64,000 nt of DNA from NCBI GenBank assembly GCA_963707635.1, contig OY970173.1, positions 2,976,001 through 3,040,000 on the forward strand, written 5' to 3'. The notes under the pieces are model-generated. The model had not been told where the DNA came from. It did not search any database and was given only the letters and a program-made list of their open reading frames with translations. This document shows positions 19,699-27,663 of this stretch, piece by piece. The DNA is from Candidatus Latescibacterota bacterium. GTDB taxonomy: Bacteria; Krumholzibacteriota; Krumholzibacteriia; WVZY01; JAKEHA01. Position 1 is the first letter of the stretch, and each line of letters starts with the position of its first letter. The translations under genes and the position numbers were made by a program.

Positions 19699-20622
19699 CT
19701 AACGCCGGCGGGCCCGCGACTTGAAGAACACGGACAGCGGCACGATGTAGTCCTGCCCCGCCTCGATGCGCACGCAGTCCACTCCGTGGCGACGGAACAG
19801 ACCCGCCAGCTCCTCGTCGCGACGGCGCGCGTGGGCCGCGAAGCGTTCGCGCGCCGCGCTTGAGCTCAAGTCGACCACGCGCTCGATCTGTGCCTCCTGG
19901 TCCCACACCCGGAGCATTCCCGCCCCTTCGAGCCGGTCCTCGCGCGGGTCGGCGAGGCGGATCGCAACCAGGTCGTGACGGCGCGCCGCCATCGCCAGCG
20001 GGCGCGAGAAATCGGGCGAGAGAAAATCGCTCACCACGAACACGATGGCGCGGCGCTTCTGCACCTTGAGCAGAAACTCGAGCGCCTGCGCCACGCGCGT
20101 GCGGTGGCCGCGCGGCTCGTAGAAGAGGATTTCGCGCACCAGGTGGAGCACGTGGCGCCGGCCCTTGTCGGGTGGAATGTACTCCTCGACGTCGTCGGTG
20201 AAGGCGATGGCGCCGACTTTGTCGTGGTTCTGGATCGCGCTGAAGGCGAGCACCGCGCAGATCTCGGCGGCGGTGTCGAGCTTGGTCTTGTCGGCGGAGC
20301 CGAACCTGCCCGACGCGCTCACGTCGAGCAGGAACATCACCACCAGCTCGCGCTCCTCCATGAAGCGCTTCAGGTAGGGCGTGCCCATGCGCGCGGTCAC
20401 GTTCCAGTCGATGGCGCGAATATCGTCGCCGGGCTGGTACTCGCGCACCTCGTCGAACTCCATGCCCTGGCCCTTGAACACGCTGTGGTATTCGCCCGAG
20501 AAGACGTCGTTCACCAGCCGGCGGGTCGTGATCTCGACGCGGCGGACCTTCTTCAAGATCTCCGCGATGCGTCTCTCTCCCGCCGGCGACGGCGGGTTCG
20601 CGCTACGGGTCGGGGGCGCCAT
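19699..20622 (-). CDS. DUF58 family protein
   Basis: GEYHSVFKGQGMEFDEVREYQPGDDIRAIDWNVTAR, EERE, DVSAS, SDF. Confidence 0.93.
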   Translation of the reverse strand: MAPPTRSANPPSPAGERRIAEILKKVRRVEITTRRLVNDVFSGEYHSVFKGQGMEFDEVREYQPGDDIRAIDWNVTARMGTPYLKRFMEERELVVMFLLDVSASGRFGSADKTKLDTAAEICAVLAFSAIQNHDKVGAIAFTDDVEEYIPPDKGRRHVLHLVREILFYEPRGHRTRVAQALEFLLKVQKRRAIVFVVSDFLSPDFSRPLAMAARRHDLVAIRLADPREDRLEGAGMLRVWDQEAQIERVVDLSSSAARERFAAHARRRDEELAGLFRRHGVDCVRIEAGQDYIVPLSVFFKSRARRR

Positions 20623-20626
20623 CGGC

Positions 20627-21613
20627 TCAAGGCACCTCGATGTGGTCGAAGATGCGCTGGAGAACGGCCTCGGAGTCCAGGCCCTCCGCCTCGGCTTCGT
20701 AGGTCACGATTACCCGGTGGCGGAGCACGTCGAATCCGACCGCCTTGACGTCCTCGGGCGTGGCGTAGCCGCGCCCGCGCAGGAACGCGTGCGCCCTGGC
20801 CGCTTCGGCGAGGAAGATGGTGGCGCGCGGCGAGCCGCCGTAGGCGATGAGGTGCTTGATGGGAAGCTTGAATGATTCGGGATCCCGCGTGGCAAAAACG
20901 ATGTCGAGGATGTAATTCTTCACCTTCTCGTCCATGTAGATTTCGCGCACCGTCTGCTGCGCCTGCTTGAGGACCTGCGGGTTGATCACCGGGTCGATGA
21001 CCGGCACGTTCCCCGCGGTGACCATCTCCATGATTGCCTTCTCTTCCTCGCGCGACGGGTAGGTGACCTTGAGCTTGAGCATGAAGCGGTCGACCTGCGC
21101 CTCCGGGAGCGGGTAGGTCCCCTCCTGCTCGATCGGATTCTGGGTGGCAAGCACCAGGAAGGGAAACGCGAGCGGATAGGTCTTGTCGCCGATCGTCACC
21201 TGGCGTTCCTGCATGCATTCGAGCAACGCACTCTGCACTTTCGCGGGCGCACGGTTGATTTCGTCCGCCAGAATGAAGTTCGCGAAGATGGGTCCCTTCT
21301 TGGCCGTGAAGGAATGGTCGCGCGGGTTGTAGACCTCCGTGCCGATGAGATCAGCGGGCAGCAGGTCCGGGGTGAATTGGATGCGGCGGAACGTCGTGTC
21401 GATCGACGCCGCCAGCGTCTTGACCGAGAGCGTCTTGGCGAGTCCGGGGACGCCTTCGATGAGCACGTGCCCGTCGCACAGAATGCCGATCAGCAGCCGG
21501 TCCACCAGATAGCGCTGGCCGATGATGGCGCGCTGGATCGACCTCTGCAGGATCGGGATGAAGTGACTCTCGCGCTGGACGCGCTCGTTCAGGGCCTGGA
21601 TTTCGTGCTGCAT
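20627..21613 (-). CDS. moxR: MoxR family AAA+ ATPase
   Basis: EGVPGLAKT, RIQFTPDLLPAD, DEINRAPAKVQSALLE, ATQNPIEQEGTYPLPEAQVDRF. GGAGG RBS before ATG 21613. Confidence 0.96.
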   Translation of the reverse strand: MQHEIQALNERVQRESHFIPILQRSIQRAIIGQRYLVDRLLIGILCDGHVLIEGVPGLAKTLSVKTLAASIDTTFRRIQFTPDLLPADLIGTEVYNPRDHSFTAKKGPIFANFILADEINRAPAKVQSALLECMQERQVTIGDKTYPLAFPFLVLATQNPIEQEGTYPLPEAQVDRFMLKLKVTYPSREEEKAIMEMVTAGNVPVIDPVINPQVLKQAQQTVREIYMDEKVKNYILDIVFATRDPESFKLPIKHLIAYGGSPRATIFLAEAARAHAFLRGRGYATPEDVKAVGFDVLRHRVIVTYEAEAEGLDSEAVLQRIFDHIEVP

Positions 21614-21627
21614 CGTCACCTCCGTTG

Positions 21628-21706
21628 AACTACGTGGGTCCTGTCATCGATCCACCCCACGGGGCTTCGCCCGCGGGGGCCCCGGATCGATGCCACCCGC
21701 TCGTGC
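21628..21706 (-). repeat. 79-bp structured palindromic element, copy 2 (moxR leader region)
   Basis: Inverted near-copy of 19585-19663, immediately upstream of the moxR RBS. Confidence 0.85.
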
Positions 21707-21819
21707 ACGGTATTCAACATCGCTGAGGACCCACGGTTCCCGTGGTTGCCACGCGCCGCCAACTTGCGGTAGTGTGGATGTTTCGTGGCGAGCCGCCAGA
21801 GCGCATGAACGGAAGGCAC

Positions 21820-22704
21820 ATGATACCCCAGGAACTCCCCAAGTCAAGCAACCTGACCGTGGCGGCAGCCCGGCGCATGCCCTGGTACGGGTGGGTGGGA
21901 CTGGCGTCGCTGGTCGTGTTCCAGGTGCTGCTCTTCACCACCGACAGCGCGCTCGTCGGCTGGTTCTTCACCCCCATCCAGTGGACCGGCCTCATTCTCT
22001 TTCTCGACGGCCTGCGCAAGCGGCGCCGCGGCGTCTCGCTGGCGGCCGACCACCCCGGCGAGCTTCTGCTCTTGAGCCTCATCTCCATCGGAAGCTGGCT
22101 GGTGTTCGAGGGGTACAACCTGCTGCTGAACAACTGGGCATACGTCGGCCTGCCCGACGACCCGTGGATCCGCTACCCCGGGTACATCTGGGCGTTCGCC
22201 ACCATTTCCCCGGGGATGTTCCTCATCTACGAAACGCTCTCGGATCTGTTTCCCGGCGACGACGCGACCACCTACCCCCGGCTGCCGAACCGCGTCTTCT
22301 GGCCCTTCGTGGTGTTCGGAGCCGTCTGCCTGGTGGCGCCGTTCATCTGGCCCTCGCCGTACATGACCCCGCTGGTGTGGATGGGATTCGCGTTCTTCCT
22401 CGATCCGATCAACGGGCGCCTCGGCGAGCGGTCGATCCTCTCCGAGTTCTTCACGGGCCGGTTTCGTTCGATGCCGGTGTTCTTTTTGGCCGGCCTGATC
22501 GCGGGGCTGTTGTGGGAGTTCTGGAACTACTGGGCGCTCGCCAAGTGGGAGTACGACGTGCCCTACCTCGGGCATATCAAGGTTTTCGAGATGCCGGTGC
22601 TCGGGTTTCTCGGTTTCATGCCCTTCATCATCGAGAGCCTCGCGATCTACCGTTTCACCCGGCGCTTCGTCCCGATGCGCGACGAGGCGCGCTACCTTGG
22701 CTGA
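21820..22704 (+). CDS. Hypothetical membrane protein with internal duplication
   Basis: About 8 TMs. Repeated TP..W.G...FLD and W..FE..N.....W.Y motifs. Confidence 0.8.
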   Translation: MIPQELPKSSNLTVAAARRMPWYGWVGLASLVVFQVLLFTTDSALVGWFFTPIQWTGLILFLDGLRKRRRGVSLAADHPGELLLLSLISIGSWLVFEGYNLLLNNWAYVGLPDDPWIRYPGYIWAFATISPGMFLIYETLSDLFPGDDATTYPRLPNRVFWPFVVFGAVCLVAPFIWPSPYMTPLVWMGFAFFLDPINGRLGERSILSEFFTGRFRSMPVFFLAGLIAGLLWEFWNYWALAKWEYDVPYLGHIKVFEMPVLGFLGFMPFIIESLAIYRFTRRFVPMRDEARYLG

Positions 22705-23404
22705 TCCCCCGCGCGTCGATCCCATCCGGCTGGACACGTTTCGTGCGCTGCTGCGGGCGCGCGTCATGATCTTCGATTTCGACGGTGTGCTCGTGGACAG
22801 CGAGCGCTTTCACTTCGAGACCTATAACGCCGTGTTCCAGAAATACGGCCATACCCTCGACCCGACCGAGTACTGGAAGTACTGGACCTCGCTCGGGCAC
22901 GGACCGAAGGGGGAGATCGAGCGCCACGGGCTGGACCTTGACCCGCAGCGCATCCGCGACGAGAAGCGGCCCATCTTCTCCGAGTACTGTCGCAACGGCA
23001 CCATCCGATTCTTCCCCGAAGCGCACGAAGTGGTGGAGATTCTCGCGCGGGCGGGCAAGGTGCTCACGATCGCCAGCGGCTCGACACGCGCCGACATCGA
23101 GGCGATCCTGGCCAACGAGGGACTGACGGGCGCGCTCGCGACCATCGTGGGGAGCGATACGGTGACGGCCCTGAAGCCCGCCCCGGATATCTTTCTAGCC
23201 GCGCTGGAAGCGGTGGGGGCGACGCCGTCGGAGGCGCTTGTGTTCGAGGACGCCGAGAAGGGTGTGGGCTCGGCGATCGCGGCGGGGATTCCGGTCGTTG
23301 TGGTCCGGACGAGAGAGACGCACGGGATCGACTTCTCGGCGGCCGACGTTGTGTTCGACTCGCACGCTGAGCTGCTCGAGGCGGTGCGGAGTGCCTGTCC
23401 GTGA
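22697..23404 (+). CDS. HAD-superfamily phosphatase (subfamily IA, beta-PGM-like)
   Basis: FDFDGVLVDSE, ASGS, KPAPDIF, FEDAEKG. Confidence 0.92.
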   Translation: MADPPRVDPIRLDTFRALLRARVMIFDFDGVLVDSERFHFETYNAVFQKYGHTLDPTEYWKYWTSLGHGPKGEIERHGLDLDPQRIRDEKRPIFSEYCRNGTIRFFPEAHEVVEILARAGKVLTIASGSTRADIEAILANEGLTGALATIVGSDTVTALKPAPDIFLAALEAVGATPSEALVFEDAEKGVGSAIAAGIPVVVVRTRETHGIDFSAADVVFDSHAELLEAVRSACP

Positions 23405-23418
23405 TACGCGGAATCGTC

Positions 23419-24429
23419 TCACCTCACCACCGTGACCCGCCCCTTCAATACGACGTCATTGCCAGTAGCTGCCAGCGACGCGCGGTAGAAGTAGATGCCC
23501 GCCGGGAGCGCCCGCGATGGCTCGAAGCTACCGGACTGCCCAACCGAGACGATTCGCTGGGAACGCCCCACGCGGCGTCCCGCGACGTCGAACAACTCGA
23601 GCGTCAATGTACCGGCCAGCGACGAAGCAAACCCGATGGATACCGTCGAGGCCGGATTTCCAAAAGGACCCACCCATAGCGGGGAGGGGCGGGCGGGCGT
23701 CGTGACGACCGCGGTGGCAGGCGTCTCGTATCGCACCCAACCCGTGTACGATTCGCTGTTCGCCCAGTAGGTCGGATCACCGAACGTCACTCCCTCGGTG
23801 GTCTCGGCCGCTCCGAGCGCGGGCAGCTCCAGCACCAACACCCCGTCGATGCGAAGGGCGGCACCCACACCGCCGGACGCACGCTCGATGCGGTAGACGT
23901 GGTGTTGATCCGTCGTTACAAATGGAGTGGTCAGCGTATTCGACTGACCGTACTGACCGTAGAAGGTGTTCGACAGAAAAATTTCCGTCGTGCCGAGGCC
24001 GACCCAGAATGCCCTCCCGCTCGACATCCGTCACCGGGACGTGTACCCGGGCCGGGGCCAGCCCGAACTCGTGTTGATGCTGTGATCGGGGGCCGAAACG
24101 ATCTTCACGCTCACTTCTACCGCGAAGTCCTGGGTGAAATCGATCCCGAGACCCGAACGTGACCACCAAACGCCGCCACCGACATCCGGCGGAACGTTGA
24201 CGCCGAACCCCAGCGTGGAGAGATATAGACCGTCGGGGCCAACGCTCACGGGGTATGCCGTGGGCGGCATGATGTCTTCCGCCAGTACCCAACCTTGATC
24301 TTGCGGGAACGTGCCCAATGCCGGGTCGTATATCGTAGTCAAGCCCAGCGCAACGTCCGGCGCCAACATGCCGCCCGTGAGCGCGAGCAACAAGACGAAT
24401 AGAATGGACTTCCGAGGAAATGTCTGCAT
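23419..24429 (-). pseudogene. Secreted protein with FlgD-Ig/T9SS-type C-terminal domain, interrupted by in-frame TGA at 24031-24033
   Basis: AGGAGG RBS and signal peptide MQTFPRKSILFVLLLAL. The two ORF halves share one frame. C-terminus NP...LELFDVAGRRV...LPAGIYFYR...VTVVR. Confidence 0.65.
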
Positions 24430-24624
24430 TGAGAGATCCTCCTGGCCACACCGCGTGATCATCACCTTGCGGATTGCCGTCGCCCGGCTCGCGTTCACCT
24501 TGCGCGTTCGCCGGGATCTGCGAGGCACGCCGCTCACATTCACTCTAAACTATACCATACCGACACCGCCGGAAACGGCCTGCGTGGTACGGCTCGGGCC
24601 GGCAGGTCCAGTTCCGACTCCCGG

Positions 24625-27600
24625 CTAGACCGAAAACGCGCACACGCTTCGGTGAACGCACGAGGCGCACACTGCGCCAGGCGTCGCCGCGAATACCCCC
24701 GAGGCAACGGTAACGTCGAGCGCCATGGCGATGCGTTCGATTCCCTCATCGACGGGGACATCCAGCATCTCAAGGCCCGTCTCGCGCAGATAGACCACGC
24801 GGCCGCGGATTGGCGGACTGATGCCGCCGCGGTGCGTAGCCCACGCGTAGGTCCGTACCTGCCACTGGTGCTCATCGCTCCGCTCGCCCACCTTGTACTC
24901 CGTGATCATAGCGCCGCCCGGAGCAACGTCGAGACGGTCGATTACACCGCGCACCAGCACGCGGTCCAACCGGACCACAAACTGGACCTCCGCGCTGGCG
25001 CCGGAGGCGGGAACGGCCACGCCGGCCGCGACGGCGTGCTTCACCAGAGTTCGTGCGGTGGCGATTGCGGTGTCGTGTTTCTTTCCAGGGTCGTGGCGAG
25101 GCAGCGAGGTCTGTATCGCAGTGTCCAGATCGTCTCCCGCCGTCACGCGCTGGAGTACGTCGTGAACGAATGCGCCGAACGTGGCGGGGTCGACGCCGCG
25201 TGGAACCGCGGAGTCACCACCCACTCCTCTGGGCGTCTCGTCGGCGATCTCGTGCCCGGTTTCCGCGTTCAGTTTGAACTGCAGCGGGCAGCGCGCGAAT
25301 GCGGCAATGTCAGCCCACGTGACAGTCGCCACGCCATCCACGGGAAACACCTCCGGCGCCACGACATTCCGATCCCGTAGCTCCGCCCACTCGCGAAGCA
25401 CCTCCTCCGCGCCGTCGTCGTTCCCTGGCAGTAGTTGCCTTGACGGTGCCCCCACCAAAGAAAGGTTCCCCGCCTCCCGAATCTCACGCGCCAGGTCCAG
25501 CTTGCGCGCGCTCTCCACCAGCTCCGTGAACAGCCACGGTCGCGTCTCGTTCTTGAGGAGCTTCCTCCCCTCGATCGACGGTGCACTCACCCACAGGTGG
25601 TCGCGGGCGCGCGTTAAGGCCACGTAGAGGACACAGCGCTCCTCCACGTCTTCCATGTGCTCCTCCCGCCGGTGGTTCTCGGCGAGTTCCTTGTGCCGGT
25701 TCCACGGCTTGCCGGTCTTCTCGCCGAAGTAGAGGCCACTCTCGCGCGACACGAGGAAACCCTCGCTGCGCGAGGTGGAATCCACCACGCCCACCACTGC
25801 GACCGCGGGAAACTCGAGCCCCTTGGCCTGGTGGACGGTCATGACGGCCACGCGGCCCTGCGGGAGGGCGGCCTCGCCGTCCTCGCGAAACTTGCGCTCG
25901 TCGAGGGAAGCGTGCAGGTGGTCGAGGAAGGTGGCCAGGTTCAGCCTACCGCGGCGCGCCAGACCGTCGGCGAGGTCGAGTAGCTCGCGCAGCAGCTCGT
26001 CCACGGCTGCGGGTTGGGTGCCGTCGCGGAGCAGCCGCGCGCGGAGCGGAGTGTTCTCGATGCTCCACACCAGAAACTCGCGGAACTCGCGCGTGCGCCA
26101 CACGCCCGCGGCCTGGTCCACCGATGCGCGCACATCGCGCATGGCGGTCGCGTCGCGTTGGTCGGTCACGCGTGCGATATTCGAGTCGTCGAGGATGCTT
26201 ATGATCTCTGACTCCGATGTCTCCCGGAACAGCTCCGTGAGCGAGGCTTCCGACACGAAGTACGGCGGCGCCTCCAGCACAGCGACGAGATCCACGGAGC
26301 GGTTGCCGGGCAGGAGCAGCGAGACCCACGCGTGCCAGCTTTCCAGGGCGCGCGCCTCCACGCGGTTGGCGCCGCCGACCACGGCAAAGGGGATGCCGCG
26401 GCGCTGAAAGATGCGCTCGATGGCGGGCATGAGATTGCTACTCGCAAAACGTCGCAGGAGCACGGCGATCTCGTGGGGGTGGAGCGACGGCTTCACGTGC
26501 TCCAGATTCCACGCGGCGGGCGCAGCGACACGCCCGAGCAGGTGGTCCACCCACGCGCCGAGCGCCTCGGCCTCCTCGTCGTGGCGCTCCTTGCCGCCGG
26601 GCGGATGGAACAGGAGCACGCTCGCCGGGCCGGCGCCGCGGTGTGCGGTGAGTGGGACGGCCGCGGCGCGCAGATCCGGCTCGCCCATCACCAGCGCGTG
26701 GGCAAGGTCGAGAATCTCCTGGTGGGAGCGGTAGTTCATCGTGAGTTCGCGCGGGCTGGGATCTGGAAACTCGCTGATGTTCTCCACGCGCGCGTCGCGC
26801 CATCGATAGATGGACTGCTTCATGTCCCCCACGACGGTGACGCGCGCGAAGTCGCCGCCGGAGAGCGCGCGGACCAGCTCGTTCTGGGCGGCACTGGTGT
26901 CCTGGAACTCGTCCACGAGGATGTGGTCGAAGGCACCCTGGTACGCCCGCGCCAGCGCGGGCATGTCGCGCAGCGCGCGCGCGGGGATGGTGATCATGTC
27001 GCTGAAGTCGAGCAAGCCGTGGCGCGCCAGCTCGTCCTCGTACTCGCGCGCGAGTGCGACCACCGTGTCCACACGCGCGATGTAGGCGGGGTGGTCGGCG
27101 GGGGTCACCATTCCGCGCAGCGCCCCCGGCTCGAGCATGATTCCGCGGCAGTGGTGCACAACTTTCATGAGGGTATCGAAGAGGGACCCGAGCTTGGTGG
27201 GCGGCGGCGGCGCGCCGCCGAAATCCGACGGCACGCCCGCCACGCGACCATTCTCGAAGCGCGCGCGCAGCACGCCCTGGATGCGCTGGAACTCCGCGAT
27301 GGACACGACGTCCACGCCGGGATCGATCCCGAGCGCGGGCGCGTTCTCCTTGATGAAGCGGTAGCCGAACTGGTGGAAGTTCATGATCCACGCGCCGGAC
27401 ATGCGCCGCGCCAGCGTGGCGTGGCGCTCGCCCACGGCGCGGCGCACGCGCTCGCGCATCTCGCCGGCCGCCTTGAGGGTGAAGGTGAGTGCGAGCAGAC
27501 GCTCGATGGGCACGCCGTCCGCCACCAGCTTGAGGTAACGCTCGACGAGCACGGTGGTCTTCCCCGTCCCCGCTCCCGCGACCACGTTGGTGGCCTCGGC

Positions 27601-27663
27601 GATGGACGCGTGGACCGCGTCGCGCTGGCCGTCGTCTAAATCGATGCTTGGCTTCTCTGACAT
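24625..27663 (-). CDS. UvrD/SF1 helicase - PD-(D/E)XK nuclease (AdnB/AddA-like motor subunit)
   Basis: AGAGTGKT, LTFT, VDEFQD, VGDMKQSIYRWR, NYRS, TVHQAKGLEF, YVALTRA. GVIDRLD..EYK nuclease with RCP...CxxCxxxxxC. Confidence 0.9.
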   Translation of the reverse strand: MSEKPSIDLDDGQRDAVHASIAEATNVVAGAGTGKTTVLVERYLKLVADGVPIERLLALTFTLKAAGEMRERVRRAVGERHATLARRMSGAWIMNFHQFGYRFIKENAPALGIDPGVDVVSIAEFQRIQGVLRARFENGRVAGVPSDFGGAPPPPTKLGSLFDTLMKVVHHCRGIMLEPGALRGMVTPADHPAYIARVDTVVALAREYEDELARHGLLDFSDMITIPARALRDMPALARAYQGAFDHILVDEFQDTSAAQNELVRALSGGDFARVTVVGDMKQSIYRWRDARVENISEFPDPSPRELTMNYRSHQEILDLAHALVMGEPDLRAAAVPLTAHRGAGPASVLLFHPPGGKERHDEEAEALGAWVDHLLGRVAAPAAWNLEHVKPSLHPHEIAVLLRRFASSNLMPAIERIFQRRGIPFAVVGGANRVEARALESWHAWVSLLLPGNRSVDLVAVLEAPPYFVSEASLTELFRETSESEIISILDDSNIARVTDQRDATAMRDVRASVDQAAGVWRTREFREFLVWSIENTPLRARLLRDGTQPAAVDELLRELLDLADGLARRGRLNLATFLDHLHASLDERKFREDGEAALPQGRVAVMTVHQAKGLEFPAVAVVGVVDSTSRSEGFLVSRESGLYFGEKTGKPWNRHKELAENHRREEHMEDVEERCVLYVALTRARDHLWVSAPSIEGRKLLKNETRPWLFTELVESARKLDLAREIREAGNLSLVGAPSRQLLPGNDDGAEEVLREWAELRDRNVVAPEVFPVDGVATVTWADIAAFARCPLQFKLNAETGHEIADETPRGVGGDSAVPRGVDPATFGAFVHDVLQRVTAGDDLDTAIQTSLPRHDPGKKHDTAIATARTLVKHAVAAGVAVPASGASAEVQFVVRLDRVLVRGVIDRLDVAPGGAMITEYKVGERSDEHQWQVRTYAWATHRGGISPPIRGRVVYLRETGLEMLDVPVDEGIERIAMALDVTVASGVFAATPGAVCASCVHRSVCAFSV

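Noticed and set aside
19664..21627. Active phase-variable inversion of DUF58-moxR or a composite transposon
   Set aside because: No recombinase or transposase nearby, the repeats differ at 9 of 79 positions and no target duplication is seen. Kept only as a check under the repeat finding.
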